Assembly: GCF_006345805.1 (NCBI RefSeq)
Contig: NC_043002.1
Coordinates: forward strand, 41,788,001 to 41,852,000
Length of the DNA stretch: 64,000 bases
Direction of reading: 5' to 3'
From: Octopus sinensis
Taxonomy: Eukaryota
Shown here: positions 39,114 to 52,930 of the stretch, piece after piece
Layout: every line of letters starts with the position of its first letter
Numbering within the stretch: position 1 is the stretch's first letter
The notes under the pieces: model-generated
Told to the model about the DNA's origin: nothing
Database searches by the model: none
The model's input: the letters and a program-made list of their open reading frames with translations, nothing else
Translations under genes and position numbers: made by a program

Positions 39114-39202
39114 TCTCTTGCTCTATGGAGTAAAACTTTAAAGGATATGCTTCTAGTTCTTGAGAACATTGTATTGAATTGGCAATGCAGTTTTAAAGAT
39201 CC

Positions 39203-39431
39203 TTAACCCTTTAGCATTCAAATTAGTCTGTCAAATGTAATGCTTAGTTATTCATGTTGTTTTAAAATAACCATGCATTATCTTGTAGCTTCAATATTTT
39301 TATGATGTGGTTGTATATCTTTAGAATGACATTATAGGGTAGGTATGAGAGACAGGGTCTGACTGGTTTGAAGATAAAGCAAGTAGAATATTTGGGCCTG
39401 ATATGGTTGGTTTTAATGCAGAAGAGTTTGC
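39203..39431. mobile_element. piggyBac-type MITE (right end decayed)
   Basis: TTAACCCTTTAGCATTCA left end; interior similar to 61876-62105. Confidence 0.7.
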
Positions 39432-40059
39432 GGATGTCACATCTAGTCACTGTGATAACAAGAAAGGAAAAAAAGAGTTTATAGTCGTATATAAAAATGT
39501 CTTGATTTCTAGGGATTGAATAACTTTGCATTTTAGCATTAGCTTTACATTCATTAAAGAATTATCGATAAACTAATATCAAAAATTTTCTCAACCCTGC
39601 GTGAATTAAGGTTCCACTTTGAAATATCAACAAGCTATGTCTTTTCAATCTTATGACTACCAGAGTAAAACATTCTAATGGGATTTTTCTTCTTGGAGTT
39701 TGATGCTACAGCCACACAATATGCATTTTGAGCATATGTTTCTGGAATACCAAATTTATTTCATATTATGTTGGCGTATTAGTAATGATGCTACTAATAA
39801 TTTAAAATTTAGATATAAAGCCAGCGATATGTCAGGTGGGAACATAGTTTATTGAATTAACTCCAGTATACATTTAGTACTAAGTCTATTGGCCTTCCAG
39901 TCTGAATTGCAACCTTTCTTGAAGATGGCAATAATGATTGCATCTCTGAGGTCATCTCTTTTCACATCCAGATTAGCAGAAAGAGTATATGACACTCTGC
40001 TGTGTTAGTGCTCCATGGGCTTCATTCTCATCTTCATTTTGTGTGTGTGTGTGTGTGTC

Positions 40060-40115
<56 letters not shown>

Positions 40116-40284
40116 TGCAGGCATTGGCTGTGTGGTTGAGAACTTGCTTCCCAACAATGTGGTCTTGGGTTCAGACCCATTGTCTGGCACCTTGGGCAAG
40201 TGTCTTCTACTATAACCACCTACTGACCAATGTCTTGTGAGTGAATTGGGTAGACCAAAACTGGGTAGAAATCTGTCACATATA

Positions 40285-40660
40285 TCATCATCATCATCAC
40301 CATCACCATTTAATATCCGTTGTCCATACTGGCATGGGTTGGATGAGCTGGCATGCTGGATAGCTGCACCAGGCTCCAGTCTGATTTGGCATGGTTTTCT
40401 ACAGCCGGATGCCCTTCCTAATGCTAACTACTTTGAGAGTATAATGGATGCTTTTACATGCCACCAGAACAAATGTCATTTGCATGACACCGGTAACTTC
40501 CACAACTGCGATTTTGCTTGGCTTGATGGGTCTTCTTCTCAAGCACAACATAATGCCAAAGGTCTTGGTCATTGCCTCCATGAGGCCCCACACTCAAAAG
40601 GAACTCAGCTACCTCACCTCCATGAGGCCCAACACTCGAAAGGAGCTCAGCCACTTTGCA
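40285..40660 (-). mobile_element. RTE 3' end (ORF terminus, 3'UTR and tail)
   Basis: NDQDLWHYVVLEKKT codons and family tail. Similar tail-bearing pieces at about 6955-7140, 12570-12730, 19770-19960, 45790-45945, 55020-55215 and 61370-61590. Confidence 0.75.
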
Positions 40661-40704
40661 GCACAAATTTGTGCTTACAGTAGAAAGGATTATTGTTATT
40701 ATTA

Positions 40705-41330
40705 TGAACAAGGTGGTGACCCGACAGAACCATTAGCATGCTGGGCTGTGTGCTTAGTGGCATTTCATCCATCTTTTTGTTCTGAGTTCAAATTCCACCA
40801 AGGTCAACTTTACCTTTCATGCTTTGATAAAATAAGTACCAGTTGAGCACTGAGGTTGATGTAATCAACTGGTTTCCTCCCCTGAACTTGCTGGCCTTGT
40901 GCCAAAATTTGAAATCATTATTATTATCAATAAGGCGGTGAGCTGGCAGAACCATTAGCATGCCAGGCAAAATGCTTAGCCAGATTTTGTCCATGTTTAT
41001 GTTCTGAATTCAAATTCAGCTGAAGTCAGCTTTGCCTTTCAAGCATTTGGGTCAGTGTAATCAACTGACATCCTCCCCCAAAATTGCTGGCCTTGTATCA
41101 AAATTTGAAACTGTTGTTATTATTAATTAAGGCAGTGAGTTGGCAGTTCTGAGTTCAAATTCTGCCAGAGTCCACTTTGCCTTTCATCCTTTTGGGGCCC
41201 ATAAATTAAGTACCAATTGTGTACTGGGGTTGATCTAATTGACTGGCCTCTCCCCCAAAATTTCAGGCCTTGTGCCTATAGTAGAAAGAATTATTATCAT
41301 TATTATTATTATTATTGTTAATATTATGAT
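40705..41330 (+). mobile_element. Three head-to-tail family B SINEs
   Basis: Copies at about 40708, 40930 and 41130, each ending in (ATT)n. Confidence 0.82.
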
Positions 41331-42115
41331 TGGCATTAGGAAAGAGCAGATATCATATCAAAACAGACATTGGAGCTTGGTGCAGTCTTCTGTCAAACCA
41401 TCCTACCTACACCAGCATAGCAAAAATGAACATTATATGTTGATGATGATAGACATGTTACTACTTTTTGTTTTCTATACCTATTTGTTTTATATCTACA
41501 GTCAATTATGCATAACCCCACCACACACACACACTCACACAGCTTTTGTAATTTGTTCTTGTACAGTCTCTTTTAACTGCCACCCTTGTGGTGAATAAAA
41601 GAAATCATAATCGTTATTGTTGGTGATATAGTTTTTGAGTTGGTGGTAGTTGAGATTTCGCTTGTAGCATTGACAAGCTTTCATGTAGCAGTCCCTATGC
41701 TATTTACAAGCTGTGAATTATGCTACAAATAACAAAAATTTATTAACATATTCAGTTGCAGAGACATATTGAAGGTGAAATTAGCAGTCTGTACTGCAGT
41801 AGTGAACTGCAGTACACTGTTTGCAGAAATGTCTTTTGTCACCTACAACACCACTAATCAATAGGAGTACTAACCCTGTGCTTTCTCTCTCTCTCTTTTT
41901 TCTTTTTCTCATTTTTTCACATAGACATATGCATACACACACATACACATACACACATGTGGTGGTAATAAAAACAAAAGAAATAGTACTCTCAGTGCAC
42001 TGTTGTTGTAGTTACTTCTCAGTGTTTTCTTGCTGTTAGGAATCCTCCAGGTGACAGAACGACATAAGCGCTGGGTAGTGATAGAATGAATGAGCCGCCA
42101 TGAATGAATAGGTTC

Positions 42116-42159
<44 letters not shown>

Positions 42160-42749
42160 CTTCCTTCTGTTTGTGCATTAAGACTTACACACATGTGCAC
42201 ACACACTCACACACACACAGGCCCAACTACCCACCTACCCACACACACATGCAACTCCCACACAGATCCACCCTCTCACACACACATGCACCCTACACAC
42301 ACATGCATCCCCCCACACATACATGCATCCTACACACACACATGCATCCCACACACATGCATCCTACACAAACATGCCTCCCACACATACACATGCAGGC
42401 ACTCCCACACAAGTGCCCACACACACATATATGCACCAACACTTACACATGCACACTCCTACAGATACATGTACATGCTCCTTCACACATGTATACACAC
42501 ACACACACACAAACTTCATGAATACTCAAATTTTGATTAGATACAAAATAATCCGTGTGTCTGTGTGTGCACATGTGTCTGTCTTCGTTTTTCCTAGTAC
42601 AAAGAAAAAGTCTGAGAAAGGTAAATCATTTATATGGTCATGTGGTTAAGTTCTTTTCCCAACTATTTGGTTTCAGACTCATTCTCACTGTGTGGCATTA
42701 GGCTACTTTACCAAAAAGAAATCATTTCTTTGTTTTTAATGAGGGTGGT

Positions 42750-42990
42750 ACCATGAGGGTGTACTCACTATAGCAAAGGCATGGAGGAGGCCCTGTCCCA
42801 ATCCAGTGGCTGTAGCTTGTACCAGTATGTTTTAAAGTAGACGGTACCACATATCCAAAGGGTGCATTCATCAGCTCAACAATCCCCTTACCCAGGATTG
42901 CCAATGCAGGTTGGTCAGAACCCTCTAGATGTCATCCAACCTGGACTAATGCAACCAGTCACTGTATCCTGCCTGATTCCAAGTGAGTGA
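42750..42990 (+). mobile_element. Degenerate RTE/RTEX C-terminal relic
   Basis: WRRPCP..TQDCQCRLVR and a gagtgagtgag-like tail. Confidence 0.35.
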
Positions 42991-43140
42991 GCTGTAAGAG
43001 GTGCATGATCAAGATCCTGAAGAATCAATTGGCCACATCAGGTATCACACTTGCCAAATGGTGAATCCAAGGTGTGACTCAAAATAGTGATTGTTGGAGA
43101 ATAAAATGGTAATTGGCTTGATACTTAGGGGTAGCTCCAA

Positions 43141-43782
43141 ATAGTGACTGGTGATGAGAAATGGATTCTCTGTAAAAATGTCAAGCACCAAAGACATGGG
43201 TAGGGAAAGGAGAAACACTGGCACTCCTGGCTAAAGAAGGTCTTCACCTGCATAAGATGTTATCTGTTTGGTAGGATATGGAAAGTTTAGTCCACTTTGA
43301 ACTTTTAAACCCAAACCAAATGATAACAAAGGAGATCTACTGCAAGCAGCTTGATCGGTTTAAGGCAGTGCTTGAAGAAAAATGACTCTTTGGTTTCAAG
43401 ACAAAAGGTGTTCTTCCATCAGGATAATGCCCGGCTACATACAATGAGGATGACATTCCAAAGGCTGGAGCAGTTTGAATGGGAAACAATGCTCCACCCA
43501 TCGTATTCGTCAGACATTGCCCCATCTGATAATCATTTATTCTGCAGTCTTCAAAATCATTTAGCTGGAAAAAATATGAATTCTGTAAATGAGTTCAGAA
43601 CAGTACTGGAGGAGTATTTTTTGGAACGGACAGATGAATTTTGGAAGAGGGGCCTTGCAAGTCTACCAGATAGATGGAAGAGCATTGTAGAAAATGAAGG
43701 AGAGAATATTTTAGATTAAAAAATAACTTTTTATCTTAATTTTGAAAAATAAAATAAGTATTATTTTTGGGATGATCCAGTA
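43141..43782 (+). mobile_element. Mariner (DD34D) transposon 3' half, pseudogenised
   Basis: IVTGDEKWIL (43141), W*DMESLVHFELL, FFHQDNARLH, HPSYSSDIAPSDNHLF, and C-terminal GLASLPDRWKSIVENEGE. Stops and frameshifts present. TIR-like end followed by TA. Confidence 0.92.
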
Positions 43783-44892
43783 TATATATATACAAGCTTC
43801 TTTCAGTTTCTGCCTACCAAATCTCCCAAATCCACTCACCATGTTTTGGTCGGCCCAAGGCTATGGTAGAAGACACTTGCCCAAGGTGCCATGGCATGGG
43901 ACTGAACCTGGAACCATGTGGTTGGGAAGCATGTTTCTTACCACACAGCCATGACTGCACTTGTATTTATTATTTTTTTTCTGATAAAGTAAAGGTTGTA
44001 TGATTTAAGCAATGTACAGCTGCCATTTCTTGGAAGTTAAGCAACTCTATCATGGCTCTTCTTGTTGGTTCAAATGACTCATTTGTTTTCAATAGAGTTT
44101 GAGGTTGTTGCTAGCAGTGTGTTTACTAATGATGTTATGATTAGTTTCGATCACCAAAAGCCAGATTAGCCCATATAAAAAGTATGGTGATAGCAGCATA
44201 TTTCATATTAAGGAAAAAAAAAGAAGAAAAAGAAAGATAAAGAATATATGGTTTGATTGGAAAACAGAATTTTCCAATCAGACCACATATAAGCTCTCTT
44301 TCATGAGGACACACCAATTCATTTATTAATAAGAGAAGCCACATTTTATTTTTACTTTGATCTTCTCTAGCAAAGCACCAACAGACCAATCATCAGTATC
44401 ACCACCACTACCACCACCACAACCACCACCGTTATCATCATCATCATCATCATCATCCTTAAAACTTTCATCATCATTACCATCGTCCATCATATCTGAT
44501 GATGATGATGATCATCATCATCATATTTTTTAATATGAAATTTATAGGAAAGAGAATATTGTATTGATAATATGTTTGTTGGCGGGCCAGGCAGCTCAAC
44601 AGCCTACCGTGACGTCTCTAAGTAGCTTGTTTGTCTTGTGAATAGAATTCTTGGGAAATGGTGAATGGTGGTTATGGTGGTGGACGTGTGAGTGGGAGGA
44701 AGGGGGCCAAGAAAGCAACATAGGTAAATAATATGCAGTGAATTCATATCTAATATTAAATATATACGTGAATATGCATATATTGTATTATGCATGTGTG
44801 TGTGTGTGTATATGTATGTATGTATGCACACAAGCATGACGACTCACAAATGTATGTGTGTATGTATATATGTGTATATACATATGTGTGGT

Positions 44893-44932
<40 letters not shown>

Positions 44933-45001
44933 ATATATACACATATATATATATATCAGTGTGTGTGTGTATGTGTATATATAAAAATATATATGTATAT
45001 A

Positions 45002-45041
<40 letters not shown>

Positions 45042-45089
45042 CACATATATATATATGTGTATGTATATATCTTTTTTTTTTGCTTCAAT

Positions 45090-45425
45090 CACTAGACTGT
45101 CGCCATGATGGGGCACCGCCTTGAAGAATTTTTTTTAGCCGAATATGTCAATCCCAGTACTTTTTTTTAAGCCTGGTACTTATTGTAGCAATATCTTTTG
45201 CTGAACAGCTAAGTTACTAGGATGCAAACACACCAGCACTGGTTGTCAAGTGGTGGTGAAGGAGCAAACACACACACACAATGAGTTTTTTTCAGTGTCC
45301 ATCTATCAAATCCACTTATAAGGCTTTGGTCGGCCCAAGGCTATACTAGAAGACACTTGCTCAAGGTGCTATACAGTTGGATTGAACCCGAACCATGCGG
45401 ATGTGAAGCAAGCTTCTTACCACGC
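45090..45425 (-). mobile_element. SINE family A
   Basis: Reverse complement of family A. Confidence 0.82.
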
Positions 45426-45959
45426 CTCAATCAAGGGTAGAGGTTGCTCCCATTACCTTTAACAAAACTATGGGAAAGTTAACTCCTTCTTGGAGAAAGT
45501 TACTTTGACATAAAACTTGCACTCACTGGAACCTTTTATGGTGACTGAGAGAGTCAGAGGTGTCGTACATGCTTTTGTTTCTTAAATCCAGTGACATACA
45601 GATGTTTCACTATCATTTCATTCCTTGGTCCATTTTGTATATTATAAAGTCCTGCCATGACGGATATCCATGCACATGCAAAAAAAAAGTAAATCAGAGC
45701 AACTAAGTTGAAATACAACAGTTATCATCTGACAAGATGAGACAATAGTCATATATATATATATGTGTGTGTGTGCGTGATCATTGTCATCATCATTTAC
45801 CATACATTGGGCATTGGTTCAACAGGATCTAATGAATCAGAGGGCTGCATTTAGCTCCAGTGTCTGCTTTAGCATGGTTTCTATGGCTGAATGCCCTTCT
45901 TAATACCAAGTACATTACAAAGTGTACTGGGTGCTTTTTTTGTGGGGTGTTGCTTTTGG

Positions 45960-46700
45960 TTTTCTGATCATAACCTTCTGATACTGAGGATGAAATGAGT
46001 CTGTCATCTATCCTTAGAACTGCAACTGATGGTTCTCTTAAAATAGCAGTTCCTGGGTTCTGCTGTTATTGTTTCTGCACCTGCTGCTGCCCTACTCTTT
46101 CTTTTTCTTGATATTTCAAATTTCTCTTGGCAGAAAGTCCTTGAGTGGCTTTTCTTCCTGCCACACTTATAACAACTAGGCCTTTTGTAATGGATGGAAT
46201 ACAGCTCTAAATACCTTTGTAGTTTTCAGAGGTCATCAAGATTTGCAAGTCCATAAAAACCCTTCTCAACCACATTGTTTTCTTTTATCCCGGCACTCCC
46301 CACTTAACCATACTGTGCTGTAAAGGTAATGATTATCCAAGGGCATGCATTTGTTCCAAAATTTCTGGCTGTAGCCCTTATCGTGCAGTTCCATACATTG
46401 CAGCACAATCTGTGGGCAAGTGTGTTATGCACTGACACAGTCTGTAACCTCATTCTATGCCCTCTGAAGACCAGGCATTCACTGCTACAAGCTTGATTGG
46501 AAATCTGAACAGTTAGTGCTCTTCTTTTGTGAAAACCTTTCCCATTTTAGGCAAGACAGTCATGTACTCTTTCTTCTGGTTTATTAAATTTATATCTTGT
46601 GCCTGAAACCTCTGTCTTTTGTAACATATCTCTCCTGTGTTATTCGTTTACCACTGTGTCTGATGATTCTTTTCAACTGGCTACATTAACAAAACAATTT
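45960..46700 (-). mobile_element. Probable LINE ORF1 (gag-like zinc knuckle) relic
   Basis: KRPSCYKCGRKKSHSRTFC resembles CX2CX4HX4C within a multi-stop frame. Confidence 0.45.
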
Positions 46701-49309
46701 TAAAAAAGCAAAAGTTTTAATCCAGTAACACTTGATAAGTTTCACAACACATTTGGTCCATACCAAAATACCATAATAATAGCCATAAGTTTGGGAGAGG
46801 TAGGTGTGGTCGAATAAATTGATTCTCGTAGTTAACAGGTATTATATTTTATCAACACTGGAACAATGAAAGACTAACTTAAAGCCAGCAGGATTTCAAC
46901 TTAGAACATAAAGTGCCAAAAACAAACATTTGCAAAGCATTTTGCCTAATGTTCTGCTTCAACTCTGTAATAATTTTATAATTTTTTAGCCTGAAAGACT
47001 ATGTAGAGAACCATTTAGCTGCTAAATCTGGAATATTTTTGTTAAGCATATTATTTGAATTACAATTATTTATATATTTCAGTTAATTGCTAATAGCATA
47101 CAACCTTTTGATATTTGTCAAAAAATAGTATCTTTTTATATATTTTTATTGCTATAGTGTATTCCCTGATATAGAAAGACTTTGAAGATTTTTTTTATTG
47201 TGTATTAACGCTTTTCTGGGTTTTTTTTTTAAACCTAAAATACCCACCTCATTTATTAGAATTTCTCGTAAATGTAGATTTTGCTGTTTAGCCCTAGGTC
47301 GGCCTTGATTGAGTATATCTATGATCAAAGGTGTTTTAGCTATGACCATTCTCTCCTTTTAGAGATTGGAATTACATTATCTAATGCGTCTTGTCTTTAT
47401 GAAAGATAGTGTATTTCGAAAGAGATTTGGTGCTATTTTTAGCAGTTTGACTGACCACTTAGAGGCTTCCTGCATTAACCTGCTTCCTTCTTTGGCCCAC
47501 CTCTCACTTTAGTCCATAAACTTAAATGTAATTAGATGTGCTAGAATGGTCTCAGTCTTTTAATAGAGATTAAGAAACGACAGCCGAAGCAATTAAAACC
47601 ATAGCAATGACATCAACCACAACAGCTGCTGCATCGGCACAAGCAATAGATGCAATGATTACTACAACATAACAACAGCAACAACAACAACATTAGCAAT
47701 AATATTGGTTATATATGAACTGTTATCACATTTTGGCTTCGACAGCAGTGAGAGCAATTACCATATCTAAACCAATGCAATAACAGCTACAACAATAACA
47801 GCATTGAATACGACTACAACTAATAAAATATATTTCATTAACTACAACAACCAAGACTACTACAGCCTATAATGAACCAACAAATAAGTCCATACATAGC
47901 TGCTCAACCTAGAAATAGCAGCCAAACCTCCTTCAAATCACACCTTGTTGTCTTAAACGTGGAAGGATACAACGGATATATGCCAATCCCTGATAAAGAA
48001 GAGCTGGGGTAGTCATGATTGGAAGAACCTGGTCAACTCTGATTGACTAATCTATGTCTGGTCATTCAGGACTGACCTAGGGTTAAACATTTATTGCAAT
48101 TACCTTCCACCTCCTCCTCCCATTCCCAACAATGACCATGAGTTTATGTCAAATCATGCCCTACCTATCTTTAAAAAGGGAAGGACAGAGTTGAATCATT
48201 TGTATACCTAGATATCCCTCATCTGACAGGATGGCCTTGGTTGGAATACTTTTGGTTATAGGTCAGCTCGATACAGGTTGACCCAGAGACAACAACTGCA
48301 ACAAATATCTTTCTGTCTATTTGTATTTATATCTATAATTACATCTGCTTGTCTGTATTTACATCTATATTCATATCTATTTATCTAGTTATATATCTCT
48401 ATTTATCTATCTGCCTATATATCTGTCTACACACACACACACACTTTATGTGTTCAATAATGAGCTGCACAGGCATTTGAATTTGATGTGCTGTAGTAAT
48501 GGCATAGATTGCTATAGTATCACCCATACTGATAAAAAAAAAACTATTACTTTATGCAACACAAGGTCAATGTCAGCTCCACTTGTAATAAGGCTGTCTG
48601 GTATTCTCTGTGCAATGTTGTTTTTATTAACCTTCTCATATATCTGTAGACTTTGAAGTTAATCTGTTTGAACAATATCCTTAAGTATCAATTTTTTTTT
48701 TAACTTAAGAAAAATCTCTCAGCTCTCTTTATTCTATCTGAATTAGCTAGATTTAATTACTTAATTGGGATTTCACAGATTATCAATTTATATTAGCAGT
48801 GACATTGAGCTTTTTTAACGGACAGTTCATGCAGTTTTTTTTTTTATATTTTTATTATTCATTTATTTATTTACTTTATTTTTTTGGCAGGGTCAAATCA
48901 TCTATTCCTAAAAACAGAAAAAGATTAAGAGAGTTAACCTCACAATAAAACACAGGAATTTGGTTTATCAGATGAGACGGAATTATGTTTCCTCCCATTT
49001 CAATAATTAGGATTTATTAATTTCACCAAATCACATCAACACTGTCTGTCTCTGTTGATAATTAGTGTGATAATTAGTCTCATAATTAGTTTGTAGTTTC
49101 ATTGGTTTCTAGAGGAATTAAGTTATGTATAAATTTGCTGAAATCTTCCTAACACTTCAGCGAATGTCATCCAGATGGAACCTCACTAAAGTAACAGTTG
49201 TCTGTTTTGAGACAGAATAGATTTCATGCACATGCATGTGTGTACACACACATATATGTAGATATCTGTGTGTGTATGTATGTTTATATATATGTACGTA
49301 TATCATCAT

Positions 49310-49737
49310 CATCACCATCATCATTTAACGTCTGCTTTCCATGCTAGCATGGGTTAGATGATGTGACTGAGGACTTGCGAACCAGATGGCTGCACCAGGC
49401 TCCAATCTGATCTACAGCTAGATGCCCTTCCTAACACCAACCACTCCGAGAGTGTAGTGGGTGCTTTTAAGTGCCACCGGCACGAGGGCCAGTCAGGCAG
49501 TACTGGCAACGGCCACACTCAAATGTTGCTTTTTATGTGCCACTTGCACAGGAGCCAGTCCAGCGGCACTGGCAATGACCTCGCTCGAATGTTTTTTTCA
49601 TGTGCCACCAGCACAAGTGCCAGTAAGGCGACGCAGGTAACGATCACGCTCGAATGGTACTCTTAGCGCTCCACTAGCATGGATGCCAGTATTCAAATTT
49701 GATTTCAATTTCGATATCACTTGCTTCAACAGGTCTT
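49310..49737 (-). mobile_element. RTE 3'UTR and tail with ~65-nt tandem hairpin units
   Basis: (GAT)n tail at 49310, family tail motifs, 3-4 tandem units. Starts at gaagacc (end of the RTE ORF). Confidence 0.8.
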
Positions 49738-50058
49738 CACATTGACAGTACCTTGGTAGATAAAGCAATTAAGGGTATGAAGACAGGGAAAGCCCCTGGC
49801 CCATCAAGAATCACCACAGAGATGCTCAAAATATCTGGCGGTGTTGGTTATAGCCTAGTCACCCATATAGTCAACCAGGTGATACATGAAGGAGTCATAC
49901 CCAGTGACTGGTGTAGCAGCACCATAGTCAACTGCTACAAAGGTAAAGGTGACACTTTAGATACAAATAATTACAGAGGTATCAAGTTGTTGGATCAAGT
50001 AATGAAGGTTATAGAGAGGGTCAAAACCCATCTAATTAGGGAAAGAGTCAGTCTAAAT
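49738..50058 (+). mobile_element. RTE LINE reverse-transcriptase N-terminal fragment
   Basis: ORF-track 49699-50100: AIKGMKTGKAPGPSRITTEML..IPSDWCSSTIVNCYKGKGDTLDTNNYRGIKLL. Confidence 0.9.
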
Positions 50059-50396
50059 GGGTGTATATATATGTATATATTTTCGTCCAACCCATGCTAG
50101 CATGGAAAGCAGACGTTAAATGATGATAATGATGATGATGATTATATGTATGTATATATATGTGTATATATTGTGTATGTATATCTGTGTGTGTGTGTAT
50201 ATATATATGTGTGTGTGTATGTATGTATATAAATTAGAGAAGAACCACCTTTTATCAATTCAACAAAGAAATAATGAAATAACAATATATATTTATATTT
50301 TATTTACTCCAATTTATATACATATATTATATATTGTGAAATTTGATTTATTACTAAATTGAATTTTTCCCTGTAATTTTGGAATAATATTCCCTA

Positions 50397-50452
<56 letters not shown>

Positions 50453-50477
50453 ATATATATTATATATATATATATAT

Positions 50478-50531
<54 letters not shown>

Positions 50532-52930
50532 CATACATACATACATTTGTGTGTGTGTATGTATTTCATGTTACACTAAGAAGCGGTGTGCAATACTAGA
50601 ATTTGTAACTTAAGTTAAATATAACAAACTACTTCAAATTATTACTAGAGTATCTGCATAAGTGGAGTCTAGACTGACTAATAAACTTCGAAGTGTATAA
50701 ATTCTTATGGCATCACCAACATACTATTCTCAATGGTATGAATAAAGTTTCTAAAATGGAGTGAGAAATTTGAATGATTACTTTGGTCCTATGGCAGAAC
50801 ACCTCCCATGTTTACAAAGGATAGGGGGTGGGGAGTTTCAAACCTTACTGGCAGCCTCATAACTTTTTTTTTATCCGAAGATTTTTTTAATCCTGTATTT
50901 ACACACTTTTATTTATAGCTTTATTTGCCTCAAGATATACTGTTAAAAAAAAAAAAAGAATTATGGTGCTCCAGCATGGCCACAGTCAAAGTGATTAAAA
51001 TAAGTAAAAGAACAAAAGAATAATATATATTCATATCTTCTTTACTTTGATCCGTTTCATTAAAGACGTGACTATGTTCCAGTTTTATCATTTTTATTAC
51101 AAGTTTTATTTTCATACTTTCATATCAATTTATTGTAATTAATCTAGAACCACAAAGTTCCTTAATCCATGTTCTTTGTTTCTAGACATTCACAGTCTTT
51201 TTTTAAAGAAATGAAATACATTTGACATTTGTGTTGCTTCTTATACACTGGTCAAATTTTTGTAGACTTGTTATGATCAAATTTATGTAGGCTTTCCCAC
51301 TTAAATTTTGCATGTATGTAGCTACATTTTCTGATGTGTGCGTGTTGCTAGTGTGTTTGATTTGGCATTGTGTTACAATATAAGCTTGGCTTCCATGATT
51401 AATCTTCTATTTTTGTGAGAAATTTGATAGAGTATGCAAGTATTATTCTTTAGTATTTTCGATCTAATTTTGTTTCTGTGTGTGGTATAGTTGTTAAACA
51501 TCTGAGCCTACTAGTTGCCTACAAGTGCAAAATATATTTGTATATATCTTTAATTTCTTACTTGTTTCAGTCATTGAACTGTAATCATGCTGGGCACTAC
51601 TTTGAAGTTGAATAAATCACCTCAGTACTTATTTTTAAATGAGGTACATATTCTGTCAGTTTTGTTTTTTTGCCAAACTGTTATGTTGTGGGGATGTAAA
51701 CAAACCAATACCAGTTATCAAAACAGTAGTGGTAGGGTAAACACAGACACAAAGGTACACATACTCTTTTACTTGTTTCAGTCATTTGACTGCGGCCATG
51801 CTAGAGCACTGCTTTTAGTCGAGCAAATCGACCCCAGGACTTATTCTTTGTAAGCCTAGTACTTATTCTATTGGTCTCTTTTGCCGAACTGCTAAGTTAC
51901 GGGGACATAAACCCAGAACCACATCTTTGCAAAGCGAGCTTCTTAACCACATAGTCAGGCTTGTGTCTATCTATGTAAGGTCCTGTCTTGTATTGCTGTC
52001 TCCTTTTGCTCTTTTTTCAGTTCATAAATTACAAATATTTTTCTCACTTGACACATTATTCATCTTGACAACCAGTATTTGCTTCTTGTTATCTGTCACT
52101 ATTATCCATCAATCCACTGGTTTAATTAAAGATTGCTACTGAACAATCCTACCATTCAGAGAGATTTCATTTTGTAATGATAATTATACTGACCAAAAAT
52201 TATTCATTACTTTTTTTTTATATATACTTTAGGTAAAAATCTCTGTCAGTTGATCTAGCAAGCTTGAGTTGTTTATACTATATTGATGAGATCTAATAGG
52301 TTGAAACATGTCTTTAGTTGTCTCTTGCCTGCAAATGGAAATAAGGTTTTACTTCCCTTGAGAGATTAATTCTCAATTCCTTGAAATTACTTCACCTTTT
52401 ATTTGAGAGTTGCTAATAATTGCCACTAGATATTTCTTTTTTGTTTTCCTCTCCTAAATGAGAAATTTAAATTAAGAATTTGTTGTCTATCACTTTCAGT
52501 AAATTATCCCTTAACATATTTATAAAGACTCATGTTATTGGCACTCTCAAGATTTTTTTTTTCCCCATCTTTCTTACTTTATTTACCTTTGAATGTCTAG
52601 AAACATCTTGTCATGAAGAAGTGCCTAGTGCCAAGGATATATATGAGCTTGATAAATAAAACATGGAAACACCACCGCTGGCATTGTTTCATGTGTCTGA
52701 CATGGCTGAACTATTTTAAGTGTTACAGCTGTCTATCACACTGAAGATGTTTGCTTTCATGCAACATCCTTCTTTCAGGCCTGATTTTAATAGCTGATAT
52801 ATCAAGATTCTTGTCAGTAGTAAATTTTTAGAGATAGTATAGGGGCTCATTCCTTTAGTTTGTACTACAGCCACTGGTAAACTGTGAAGGGATACGTAAA
52901 AGGAATATAAAAAAAAATAATACACATACA

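Noticed and set aside
52740-52780. CTGAAGA followed by a hairpin
   Set aside because: No GAAA or stem III follows.
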